DNA of 64,000 bases, taken from contig RHPI01002823.1 in the NCBI GenBank assembly GCA_009103225.1, positions 62,634-126,633 on the forward strand, in the 5' to 3' direction. The notes below the pieces were generated by a model, which had not been told where the DNA came from, ran no database searches, and saw only the letters and a list, made by a program, of their open reading frames with translations. Origin of the DNA: Chlorokybus atmophyticus. Lineage: Eukaryota; Plantae; Mesostigma and Chlorokybus algae. Every line of letters starts with the position of its first letter. The first letter of the stretch is position 1. This document shows, piece by piece, positions 1-12,510 of the stretch. Made by a program: the position numbers and the translations under genes.

Positions 1-390
1 TGTCACTTCCCGTCCTATGTCCAGCTGGGAACCAAGCTGAAGCACGCCATGGCCAGCCGCGTCCCCTGCCGACCAGAACCTCAACGTCCGACCGATACGG
101 CAACATCACTGTTGTCGAGGCGCTCAAGATGTCAGATGCCAAGCAGGTGGGGTGGGGTGGGTGGAATTCTTGACTTTGATTCGAGTAGCTGTGGGTGGGT
201 GGTGACATGACGTGATGTGCAGTATGAGGTGCTGGCAAAGGTAGCCACGGCGGTGCTGTTGACTGCCATCTAAGTTCAGGGTACCCTCTCACTCCTGTGG
301 ATGTGCGCGTCAAGTTCCGCAACGCCCTGAGGGAACCAAACAAGGCTAGTAATCACACGCACGCATGTGCGCGCACAGCCGTATGAGGTA
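1..390 (+). CDS. Probable 3' exons of an unidentified gene truncated by the window start
   Basis: GT..AG-bounded segments give DRYGNITVVEALKMSDAKQ / YEVLAK / GYPLTPVDVRVKFRNALREPNK. The frame before about position 90 is ambiguous and no family is recognised. Confidence 0.3.
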
Positions 391-2653
391 CTTACGCAAT
401 CACTACTACATCTTGCTTTCTTCTGTGCAGTTGCTGCTACCAAATCTTTGTTTCAAAGCTACCGCAGGCGATGCCGTATGGCCACGTGCTGAGGTAGGGG
501 TCATAGCATGTGTCAACAGCTGCTTACAAGCTGCTACTATAAAAATAGTACAGGTTTGTTGCGCATAGCAGCACGATGTTTCCAGTAGTCAAGTAGATAA
601 AGGGTTCAAGGTAGTCCAAAGGTTAATGACCTCATCTTGTCCGCTGCAGTGTACAAGAACGTTGCAACACAACAGCCACCTTATTGTGTGTCCATGTATG
701 CGGTGGCGCATGCATGGATTGACCCACCTATGTCGCTCGCTCAGCGAGGCTCTGTATGTAGGCACTCTTCTGCCGGCAATGTACCTTCAATTGCACACCG
801 TCAGCTACTGCATTGGAAAAAGACAAGCAATCTGTATAGCAGCTGTGGGTTGCGTTTCTGGCAGTGCAGCCGTGTTGCAAGTAGCAGCAAGCGATGCACC
901 GCTCATATTGCAAGGCTGCCACTCTGACCTCCGGCAAGGGTAAGCCACGTGGTGCAGTATGATGTAGCAGCTGGAGCAGGCGCCTGAGTCTCCCACTCTT
1001 GTAACTTGTAGGCAGCTGTTGCGATTGTTGAGACAGCTTTATGCGCTGCGTCTTGTCACTGATACTCTGCACGCAAGGTGCAAAGGTTTTGATGTTCCAG
1101 TGTGCATGCGTGTGGTTGGCTACCGAATTGCGTGAAGTCCTCCATTAACCACAAGCTTGCCCACAATCAATCACTCTGCAACGCAATTAGCGCACCTCAT
1201 GGCGTCCTCCTTGCTTCTGACAACAATGCAAGTCAACAACTGGCAGTTGTTGACTTGTTGCATTGCTAGCAAGCAGGACAGTCGCCATCCAGGCAACACC
1301 ACCCTCTGACACTTGCACCTGTGTTGGTGCGCTGCACACAGGTGCAAGTGTCTTCAAGTGGCGGCTGTCTGTCAAGCAAGGCTGCTTGCACTCAAGTTTG
1401 CTCGGGCGGCCCTATCACTCCCCTCCATGGCGGCAATAAACACTACATCCGGTTGTGGGGCAAGCCAGTGCCCTGGCCAACGCTCCTCAGAAGAATCAAC
1501 CACCACAAGTGTGTAGAGAGGACGAGTGGGGTGAGCAGAAGTTTGAATTGGAGTCAGCACTTGTATGTGTGATGCCATGCTGCACACGGGATTGTGAGTG
1601 TGTGCGCGCGCGTCTGCAAGCAAATTGTGTACAAGCGCATGCACGCGACTGTGTGCGTGCATGTGCACAATAGCAAGCGAGCACAAGCATGGCGGTGTAC
1701 ACGTATGCGCAGTCCCCGTCTGCGCGCGAGCATGTGCGTGCGCACTCGCATGTATGCGTCAGAGTTGTGCATAAGCGTGCTGTAAGTGTGCGGAACAAGT
1801 TAGGGTCAATGCTCTTTGCAGCATCTGCTCCATTCTGCACTTTAGCTCAGCTGCACTGACACGATACTGTCATGTCAACCTGAGCTTATGCCAATCACAA
1901 ACAGTTACCTTGTTGCAATCCCTTTAGACATGGACCCGGCAAAGCCAACAACTGTCAGTGTGCTATGACAACCGCTCGTGCACTATCGCATGGCAAGCTT
2001 TCTCACGACAGGTCAGTTTTGTCTGCGAGTCTATACTCATCGCATGAGGCTTTGCTGTCAGTCCAACTTGGTTGAATTAAGTTTTAGCGTCGCAAGCGCA
2101 GGTACTGCTCGCACTAACTGGCTTGTCTGCGCAAAGGCTGACAAGCCAAGTAGTGGGAGTGCGCATGCATGTGGGGCGGGAGGGTGTAAGTGCAGCGTGT
2201 GTAACGCTGCTCCCGGTTTGAGCGTGCCAGCACACGTGCAAACCTTGAACTCAGTTGAACTCGTGTCAGTGCCTCCACCGCATGCCTCTCCTCGACATCC
2301 TCCTTTCTCCTCTCCAAGGCATTCAGCAACAGCGTTGGCGTGCACAGCATTCGGATGGACCGCCCAACACTCCAACTGTGTCAAGTTTGCTATGCCAGTA
2401 CACGCATACGAAGTGCAAGCAGCAACTGGCTGCCAGCAAGTTGCTGCTTACCCTTTGTACCACATGCAGTCTCTATCAGAAGCTGCTAGGCGAAGCTACT
2501 GCATGCCATGTAACAACAGTGACGAACGATAAAAAAATGCTGACGCACGGAGCTGCGTACGTTAGCTTCGGCTGTAACAATCTCACGATATCCTGTAGGT
2601 ACAGTAGCGCTGCCAGCTGGCAGAGTAGGCGCTGACGTGGAGAAAGCGTCAGC

Positions 2654-5600
2654 ATGGCGGCGGCGGCGGCCGCAACCGTGGCGGCCTGGCGCTTGCTGCC
2701 GCCGTCGCCGGTGTCGATCCACGCACCTTCGCTTGGCCGCTCCGCACGCAGCAGCAGACATGCGCCTATCAGCTTGGGAGGAGGTCAGAAGCGGCGAGAC
2801 GGCAAGCAGCAGGCTGGAAGCAGGCAAGCAGGCGTCCAGCTGGTCTGGTCCGGCGCTGTGAGGTGTCACGCTGCTTCTGCGGCTGGTGCTGTCGGCAGTG
2901 ACAACGGCCATGTCGTTGACGACCATGAGCATGCCGGCCCCACGCTGGTGTGGTTTAAGCAGGACCTCCGCCTGGACGACCACCCTGGCTTCCACCGCGC
3001 CCTCAAGCAGTCAAGCAGCGGTGTCATACCAGTCTACTGCTTCGATCCAGACCTGGTGAGCAAGTCTCATTGATGGTGAATTAAGTGAGTTGTAGGTGGG
3101 ATCTTGCTGTGTTTGTCGTTTCTCACTTCGCTCACATGCACAGCTGGCGAATTGCACAGCTCCAACGCTGCGTTACCTCCACCAAAGGTACATGCAAGAG
3201 AAAGGTTGGTCGCATGCTTGAACAAGAGTAACAAGAAACAAGAAAACTACAGCCTGCATGCAAATGTTCACATTCATCCACAAATTTCCAATGAGTAATC
3301 TCCACAACAGTGTGGCGGCATTGAAAGCGAGTTTGCAAGCGTGCGGCAGCGACCTCGTTGTCCTCACCGGCCCTGCATGCGAAGCGATCCCCCGCCTCGC
3401 CCGGGACCTTGGGGCTTCCACAATCATTGCAGAAGAGGAGGCGGAGCACAGCTGGCGCCAGGTTGGTTATAGTGCTGAAGGAACAACCAGTTTCAACACT
3501 GAGCACTTCGTCTCAAACGTGCGTTTGTGTGTTGTTGTGTGTGTAGGTAGTTGGTCAGGTGGAGGATGCGGTGTCGGCAGAGGGTGTGAAAGTGAACCTT
3601 TGGCAGCTGCAACTCTTTGAAGACGACAGCACAGCTTTACCAGACAACTTCCGAGAGGTGACAGTGAGACTGTTGTTATGTAAACACGAGTGCAAATAGC
3701 AATGAGGTCAGGTACTGAGTGTTGTGTGCCTTGTTTCATAGTACGTTGCGCAGCGAAGGTCGGTGTTGCAGCCTATACCCTCGCCAGAGAGGCTCCCGCC
3801 GCTGCCTTCTTCAAGTACAGATGTGTTATCAACCCAGCTGCCGGAGCTTTCAGACCTGCACACCCTGGCTGGCTTAACTGAAGAAGAAGAAGAAGCAAGT
3901 TCATCCTCCGCACCAACCTCATCATTAGATGAGTATACCCAAGTCTGGAGAAGCTTTCGTTGTGATGGAGGCAAACTTCCAGCAACAGGTACACGCATGG
4001 CGTCACGAACCCTGTGTAGAAATTTACACAAGCGCTCACACAGACACACGCACACACAGCGTGTGCGCCGGATGCATGCGCAAATGCACATATGCACGCA
4101 CCATTCATGTTGTGCATCATGTGCAGCTCAGGTGCAAACGCCAAGCACACCTGAGTTAGCTGGAGGTGAGGACGCTGGGCGGGCGGCATTGAGTGAGTAT
4201 CTGAGGTTTCCAGCAAGGGCAACAAGACGAAGGCCCAAGCAGCGCACGCAGGGCGTGTCGTCTCCAACAAACACCTTCATGGAAGTCTTCGGCCCTGTTC
4301 TGGCCCTCGGTTGCTTGTCTAGGAGACGAGTCTTCCATCGTGCAACAAGAGCCGCAGAGGTGAGTGTCGTTTCCTCACATGTTGGCAAATTGTGTCTTTT
4401 TCACCAACGTGACTTCAACTCTTCAGGGATGGCGAAGGGCTAGGAGGAAAGCCATCATTCCTCAGAGTGTGGGTTTGCCCAGCGCGCAAGCGGCTGCTGA
4501 AACGGCCGAGTGCGGGGTGTTTCACTACTGGCTGGCGCTTCGCTCATTCCATGAAACGGAGCAGGAGAGCAGTCAGGCCAAGAAGCATTGGCGGTGGCGA
4601 GGCCTCCTCACTGAATACAGTATGCAATCATGGATATGTACTATGTAAGCCATGCAGCAGCCGACATAAGGCACTGACTTACAGTGTGTGTTGTGGTTGA
4701 TTCTCAGTGGAGGCAGGTGAGCCTGGAGCACCCTGTGTGTTGCTGGTACACGGGTGAGTGCCTTGTCTCAATTGTGCATAGTTGGCGATTGTGTGATGAT
4801 GAAGGCATGACCGTCATTGCTGTTGTGGTGTAACAGCTTTGGGGCGTTTGCTGACCATTACCGGAAGAATGTGGAGGGTTTGGCGCCGAACGCGCACGTG
4901 TTCTCGGTGACTCTCCCCGGCTTTGGACGAGCAGAGAAGCCAGCGCTGCTGTATTCGCAGGTGCTATGGATGGAGTTCCTGCGCGACTTTGTATTGCAAG
5001 TAGTTGGCGGGCCCGTCACCATAGTCGGCAACTCCATTGGCGGTATACTCATGCTTGAGTCCGTTGCTTTTGTATAGAAATGTCAAAACAGTTTGTTGGC
5101 GGACTGCAGTTGAGAAACTGTGTGCAACTGACAACTGCATGCGTGCGATGCAGAGCTTGGTGCTTGTTTGTGACACGCAACTTACTTGTGTACATTCTGT
5201 TTTATCAGGCTTCATGTCGGCGTGCTTGGCTGCTGATTGCCCTGAGCTCGTGCAATCTGTCGTGCTTTTGAACAGCGCCGGGCCCATTGTTCCAGGTTAT
5301 GCACCACCTGGCGGGTGAGTGGGTTGTTTATGCGTTGCGTGCATCAGGCAACAATATCAACACTGAGAAACACACCTATCTCCCGCAGTGCGACATTGGC
5401 TCCCGTGCACGTGACGCCCCGCAAGCCTATGATCCCGAAGCCCATGGTGATGGCCATTACCACGGGTCTTTTCCGCTACCTGGAGAAGCGCATTGAGCAG
5501 ACGCTGCGGAGGTGCTACCCTGTCAACCCCGCCGCTGTCGATGACTTCCTCATCGAGGAGATCTTCCGCGCCGCCTGTGATGCCGGCGCTGTCGGCGTCT

Positions 5601-5993
5601 TCGCCTCCGTGTTCTACCTCCCGCAGCCCAGACCACTCAACTTCCTCCTCGACGCCTGCGGCAAACCCGTCCTCATTCTTCAGGTGTTGAATTATTCTGA
5701 GTCTAGTGAGGGTTTGCGGCAACTGGAAGACTACACGCACATTGACATTAACATTGACTTGTTAACAACAGGGGCGGTTGGATCCGCTTAATGATGCCGG
5801 TGGCCGAGCCAAGGCTCTTGCCAAGGTCTGCAGGCGCGTGACGGTTCATCTGCTGGACGCCGGACACTGCCCGCACGACGAGATACCCGACGTTGTGAAC
5901 GCCAAGATATGCGAGTGGCTCTCTCAGCTGCCTGCACAAACATTGCAACAACAGTCGCTACAACAACAGCCCACTCCAGCTCTCGCAGCATAG
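2654..5993 (+). CDS. Multi-exon gene: transit peptide, photolyase N-terminal domain and pheophytinase-like alpha/beta hydrolase (plant AT4G25290-like architecture)
   Basis: Ala/Ser/Arg-rich N-terminus; LVWFKQDLRLDDHPG (photolyase N-domain start); spliced LLVHG|FGAFADHY, TLPGFGRAEKP, nucleophile GNSIGG and GHCPHDE catalytic His; canonical introns; TAG at 5991-5993. Confidence 0.88.
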
Positions 5994-6317
5994 CGTGCGC
6001 GCATATATGCATTGCAGCCCATGACTGCATGCGCTTAATACTAGTGCTAGTGCTGGTACATCAAAGTTAGCAGGAATGTCAGTGGCAGTACAGTCAAGGC
6101 AATGATGTACATGTACACTGCAATAAGTTGTCTGCAAGTGGTACTTTACCAAGGGCTCAACCGGTGATGTACCTACAAAAAGGTTGGCCGTGCTTAGCTG
6201 TCGCATGTGTCTTCATAACTTCTACTGGGTTGTCCGGTTTTAGACAGCTACTTCGCCAAGAGGTATACATGCTATACATGCGCGGTCACCATGCGACGGT
6301 GCTAGTCAGCACTTCCA

Positions 6318-6949
6318 TCACCACAAGCCCGCTTCATCATAGCTGATATGCGGGCCCGTTCTACACGGTGTCGCATCCTCTCCATAGGTACCGCAGCACG
6401 ACCATCGCTGCTTCCAGTTGGAGCGGCCCGTGTTGGGCCTGTCACCCTTCTTGTTGTGCAGGTAGATAACCTGCAGGTTGGAAGTCTCAGTCCAGTCGCC
6501 GTCTATGCCTTGATGAGGGGGAGAGAGGGAGCACAGGCCAGGATCACCTGTATGGATGAGTTGGTTAGTATTAGGGTTATAAACCTTAACTCATTGTGTC
6601 CATACCGTTCATGTGACCATGGAACTTGCATGCTGTTGACCCGTTTGCAGAAGGATCAAAGGGCTTCTTGCATCTCACGCACGTCTTCAACGCAGCCTTC
6701 TGCTGCTGCTTCTGCTGCAGATGAGTTGGGCATTAAACAACCACGCATGTCAATACGAGGAACCTGTTGTGCATGCATGCATACCTGAGAGCAACACCGG
6801 ACTGGACGCAAGGCAGTTGGTGTAACATTCCCGTCACGTATGCAGCCTTTGCGCGTAGTGGTCGGGGATGAGCGGTGGCACGGGAGGCATGGAGAACGCA
6901 GCGAGCACGTCATTGTGAGTGGTGGTTGGGTGGCACACGAGCTCATCAT
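6318..6949 (-). CDS. Small 3-exon Cys/His-rich protein, probably plastid-targeted, resembling a conserved uncharacterised plant family
   Basis: Exons about 6949-6785, 6714-6606 and 6547-6318 with GT-AG introns of 70 and 58 nt splice in frame to ...KTCVRCKKPFDPSANGSTACKFHGHMN/GDPGLCSLSPPHQGIDGDWTETSNLQVIYLHNKKGDRPNTGRSNWKQRWSCCGTYGEDATPCRTGPHISYDEAGLW*. PPHQGIDG, RPNTGRxNWKxRWSCC and HxSYD are recalled from plant proteins. The start could be at 6964, 6949, 6946 or 6913. Confidence 0.8.
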
Positions 6950-8680
6950 GCGGCTTGCGTGCATGTAGGTGTGATGAGGGAGATATCGGCAGCAACTTCA
7001 AAAAATCCAATGCCGGCAGCGGCAACGGCTCTGAGGTGAAGTAAGGGTCCTGTAATGCCTCAGCTGCCGTTATCCTCTTGCTCGGGTCGTACCTGATACA
7101 CAGACACGCTTTGTCTTTGTGTACAACCATGCTCACAGGCTCAAATGCTCATGCCCACCTTAAGAACTTGTCCAGGAACTCAGCGGCTTCTTCACGCACT
7201 TCACCCCTCGGCACTATTTCAGTGCGAAGTGTGCCGCCCGAGTTTATGCTGCTGTTGTCGTCATCGGCGAACACAACCTTACCAAAATCTGGCAGGCGGG
7301 AGACTCCTGGCCACACGTCTTCGCTCGGGGACCCCAGCGCCCTCCGCACCCTGCAAAGCTGTGGCACCCATACAGAAGTTAACATACTTGTCTATGTGCA
7401 TTTAGGGAAACTACACACTGCGTTGTACCCAACAACATGACCAAAGTCCACATGCACCTGGTCAATGTCGTTGTCCCCGGGGAAGAGTGGAGCCCAAGTG
7501 AGCAGCTCGCCAAAGATGCACCCAACCTGAGAGAGGCTTCCTATTGTCATCAAACATCTCACTCTCACTGTGTGCCACAACATGGTGAAGACACACTCAC
7601 AGCCCACAGGTCGACGGCAGGGCCGTAGTGGCGAGATCCAAACAGCAGCTCAGGTGCGCGGTACCACCGCGTGGCCACCACGTGCGTGTACTTTCTGCTC
7701 TCCTCCTCCTCCTCTCCGCCCTCCTCACCACCAACAAACGGCCTAGCTAATCCCAGATCTGCCACCTACGTGGTGAAAGAGTACGTGTGCACACGCACAC
7801 ACCCACACGCACATGCGCGGGCCCGGGGGATGTACACACGCATGCATGGGCCCCCGCATGCGCACACATACACATGCACATACTCGCAAGAGTGTCACAC
7901 CTTGATGACGCCTTCGGGGCTGACGAGGACGTTGGACGGTTTGAGATCGCGATGGAGAACGCCCGCGCGGGAGTGCAGCGCCTCGACGCCGCGCAGCAGC
8001 TGCAGCAGCACGCCCTTCACTGCCGCTTCGGGCCACGCAACACGCACGGAGAGAGGAGAGGCAGACAGATCACAATCACTATGCGTAAACGGCCTCAACA
8101 CGTCCGCCAAACTCCAAGGACAAAACCTGCATGCATGCACGAGTGAGTGAATGCGTGAATGAATGATTGGTTGAATCACTGATTGGGTAACTGTATGAGT
8201 GAATGTGATATACGCATACATGAATGCATGACTGAGTGACAAGTAGGGTTGGTAGTTATGCGAATGCGACTGAGATATCCATGCACGCATGCATGTAGAG
8301 GCTGTAAGAATTGATCACTCTGTGGCGAGGACGAGGTTGGCGCCATGTGGGAAGGCGGCATGGAGGCGGAGTACGTTGGGGTGGGGCTCAGCGCGGCGCA
8401 GGGCCTGCACCTCACGGAACAGCCGCTCCGGTGGGGCGGCGGAGGACGGGTCGCCTGCAGACGACGACGACGGCAACAACACCCCCGCCCTCAGCACCTG
8501 CATGCATGTCCACAACAGCACAAGCCTCAGCAGGAGGGTGACAAAGACAGGCAATTACTAACCCCCAATGCTTGCCTTCAATGCGCGAGTCTCGCCCGTC
8601 GGTAGGTGCGTCGCCCTGTACACCGTGGAGAAAGCTCCCTCGCCAACGCGTCCCTCCCTACGGTAGTCACTCCAGGCCAT
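6834..8680 (-). CDS. Cyclin-dependent kinase, CDK20/CCRK or CDKF-like
   Basis: [23 protein letters not shown]...[88 protein letters not shown], spread over about 7 exons. Confidence 0.9.
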
Positions 8681-8939
8681 GCACTTGCACGCCAACACCG
8701 ACAACGCCGCCAACAGTACCGCCGCCACGCCCCAAACCCTAACAGATATTCCGGCGAATCTGCTGCCAAACTCGCCCGTTTTGCCAGTCCGGAGTCTTCT
8801 TTGCCCGCCTGTCGCAAACACTGCTCTCTCGCAGGGTGCGACACTACGGACTGAATTATGACCGTTGAGTGGAAAATTTGCAAAGCAAGGTTGTTAAGCT
8901 GCTGTTGGCTGCGGCGGCTGCCACGTGGCGTTGAGTGGA

Positions 8940-10918
8940 ATGGCGGCGGCGGCGGCGTTGCCGCCAGCGGTGCCGGTGGTGCCCTCAGTGGCTGCGGCGA
9001 CGGCAGCTGCGCTGGCGCTGCGAAGACCGCGGTAAGTGATCAGCGCTGCAGCCTAGTCAGGCGCATGCAGGATATAGGTAGTTAGGGGGCCTTGCATTGG
9101 TTGAGTTGAAGCATGCACATTTTTGCTTGAAACCTCAAGTCCACTTCGCTGCCAGGTATAGTTATCAATAAATAGGTTGGTTATGCTGTTGTGCTTGCTG
9201 TTTGAGCAAAAGCATGCAGCTGTGTAAATTTTTGGGTGTGACGGAGCTACTGCTATTGTGGGATGAACTGCAAGTCATGTGCAAGCTCGCTTGCATGACA
9301 CGTCACTTTCTTGCAAATTCAGCGATGTCATGTGAGAAGAACGCACCAAAAACTCAACACCCTGCTGTTTTCAAGTATCCCCCCCCCCTATGGAATGCAC
9401 AGTGCACAAGCAGCATCGTAGAGCGTGTCTTTTGGACCTTGGCCACCCAAGCCTGGAGTTGAGAGTTAACCGCGCCATTCTGTAGGTATGAGACGTCCAA
9501 CAGCGAGTACGGACACTGGTGGCGAGCGCAGCAGCGCGAGGCCGAACGCCGTGCGGCACTCGCTCTCCAGGCCGTTGACTACACCGTCCCCCAACCCGTT
9601 GTACCAGGTAATAAGGCTCATACATACCTGCGCGCAGTCATGTCAATACACGCACACGCTTACCCACGCACACGCAAGCATGTATGCTTACATGCACTTT
9701 CGGACGCATGCGGACACACACATGCGCGAGTGCCCACTCAGTACCGCACACAGGGTTGACGCTGCAGTCCCTGCACAATGACTTCGTGGAGCTCAAACGC
9801 GACGTGGACGACCTCAAGCACGCCGTGGCATACCTGCAGGAGTACCCGCCAGCCTACCCACACCAACAATATCCACCTGCAGCACAACCCCCGCAGCTAC
9901 CACCACCACCTCCTCATCATCAACCTCACCTTCTACAGCCCAACAACAAACCTCAGATGATCGGTCCCCCACCCCCACCACAGTTACAACAGCAGCGGCC
10001 TGTTACTGCTGTTGGGCAGCCTGTTGTGACTGTCAGCCAACCCGCCAACATCAACAACAACAACCAGAGACAACTGCAGCTTGCGCCACCAGCACCTTCT
10101 CTCTCTCCTCGCGTGGGCTTGCATGACTACAACCGATACAACCGAGGCTTCGCTGATGAGTTGACCCCGCGCTCGGATGCGGCGGTGGCGGGATCAATAG
10201 CGCCCAACCAGATTGTCACGGCAGCAAGGGCGCTGCCACCACGCCCTGCAGGTGGTCGGGCAAGGCCCGCGGGGCTGCCATCTGCATCTGCATCTCCACG
10301 CACACACAGAGGGTAAGATGCGTACTCACTGTTTGACTGAGTAGTTGAACGAATGAAGTTTTTTTTATCCTAAGGTATGCGCTCGCGCACGCACACGCAT
10401 TTGCACATGCGCTTGCGCTTACGCACATGCACGCACGCACGCATACGTACACATACCCACATCATGTGACAGGAGGAGGGTGAGGGCGCCGGCTTCACCC
10501 GAGCATCCGGAGCACTTGGCTCAGCACAGCGTAGTGGTGACTGCGCAGGAGCCTCCTGAGCTGGAAAAGCGCGTATCCACTAACAGATACCCCTTCTACA
10601 AGTACTATGGTGAGGGCAATGAAGAGGCAACATGTCGTGCTGTGGGTCAGTGGTGTTGACACGATGATGTGGTTGATCTCAGGGTATGGAGGGCAAGGTG
10701 CACGCACGTCGTGGGCTCACAACTACCCGGCAGGTGCGAGTCCACAGCCCCCCGTGATGGTGGATCACACGCACGCGTCTCACAACAACATGGTGCCTCC
10801 TCCTGCTGCTTACGTCAACCACAGACTGGCGCAGTCCATGCCGGCCATGCCCTACGCCACGGCCACTGGCGCGGTCCCGAGCAAACCCAACAGCCCCGCT
10901 ATCCTCACCAACTACTGA
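8940..10918 (+). CDS. Hypothetical Pro/Gln-rich protein with a short coiled coil, head-to-head with the kinase
   Basis: ATG at 8940 with a poly-Ala start; exons joined by canonical introns give RYETSNSEYGHWWRAQQREAERR.., GLTLQSLHNDFVELKRDVDDLKHAV, PQ-rich segments and ...AILTNY*. Confidence 0.55.
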
Positions 10919-12510
10919 CCCGCTTAGCCCAACGTGACTTTGTACAGAGTGTTTTTCGAATAATGTATGCTTATGAGATTGAGATTGCCGCCAAGGGGGT
11001 GGGTACAATGCAGGATGACAATTGCTGGTGCGGTAAGCATGCATAGAGTGGCGGCTGGCTGCAGGTGCTGTTTGCTTTACACCATGCATGTGCTCATTCT
11101 AGTAGACCATCTCTGGTACACACTGTATGTGGTAAGCTTGACGGAAGCTTACTCCGTACTGCACAGCCAATGGACGTGCTGCACAACTATGACCAATAGG
11201 GTTAACATGTGATGCCATCCTATCATTACAGTGGTAGTCTTCCGGTTGTGAGTACATGTGGGATCTGGTTGTAACCACTAAGAAACAAGCCAAGAAGCAG
11301 CTTTGCTCAGTCACGTTGCCATGACAACATGTGCCGAACTCGCTACATTAATCTAAGCAAATGCATCAATCTACGGGAGACTTGATCGCACACATAGCGC
11401 GCTGCTTGTTACAAAGTGCAGTGTGTGTGTGACATGTTTCTTAATATAAGTTTTACAGTTATTGAGATAGAGTTGCCTCTACCAATTTCAGACCTCGCAT
11501 CATATTGATCACCATTGTCGCTACTTACACGGACTACCGTTGGACATAAACTTCAAGCATAGTTCAAATGTATTTATAATGTAACAACAAGTTTTGATGA
11601 CTTTTTGCATCATGTATGAGTCTATTTTTTTGTTTATAGCGCGTGCATGACACGCTCTGTTGTGACTGATAACATACAACCACTTTGGATTTACCGGACA
11701 CAAAAAGCAAGGCTAATGAGCCATTTTTGGTAGCACATTGATCTATGATAGGTTTTGATCTATCTCATGATGCTTTCCATGTAGTAATTAATACAATAGT
11801 GGCATACGTATAGATCGATTGCAGATAAACAACACTTGTCAAAGAGGCCATTAGTTATATCAAACATATAAGCGCAATCTTAAATATATCTTGGCAAAGA
11901 AAAGAGATTTGTTGTACAACGAACTTCAATTAATGACGTCAAGTTGGAACTATCTAATTTCAAAAAGGTTCAAGTCTTCAAAGCATGATAAACAGGAACA
12001 TGTTTAAGGCAACATGCATCCCTCTAGGATGGACTAGCATCTTGTAATTCCGTAGGACAAAGTTTAAATAACATCTGGTGGGTCATAACATGATGCATGT
12101 GACAGTGCAATGCAATAATGTAATGGAAGTTGGAGTAGAAGTAATAGTTAATCTTGTTCAATGTATGGACGACTCACATGCGCTTAGATGCCTAGATGCC
12201 CCTGATCCAAAAGTACAGAACGTGCGCGTGGCACGGTGCGACTCTGAGTCTCAGACCACCTGCCACCACGTCCGCTTTCTTGCCCGACTATTGCAGACAA
12301 AACTGAACCCAACTCTCTGACAAAAGTCTACCAATTGAATGAATTGATTGTACATGTGGTCCCCTTCATAGTACTTGCAAAAGCAGGGCCTACTGGTACT
12401 GGTGGTTTTGTAGTTTTATCCGCTCACGGCACCACGCACAGAAGCATCACCATAGCTTAGCATGGATAAAGCATCCACACGCCGACAAGAAAGCATCCCA
12501 CACCGTCAAC

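Noticed and set aside
728-2656. Possible minus-strand multi-exon gene (e.g. RPLYTLVVVDSSEERWPGHW.., VVGFAGSMSKGIAT)
   Set aside because: Intron-like tracts suggest a gene, but I could not build a consistent spliced frame or recognise a family.
2950-3060. Functional DNA photolyase or cryptochrome
   Set aside because: Only the N-terminal domain is recognisable; the C-terminus is a hydrolase.
6715-6950. Kinase fused by splicing to the downstream Cys/His protein
   Set aside because: The strong donor at 6784 is out of frame with the kinase, whose stop comes first; only weak alternative donors would allow fusion.
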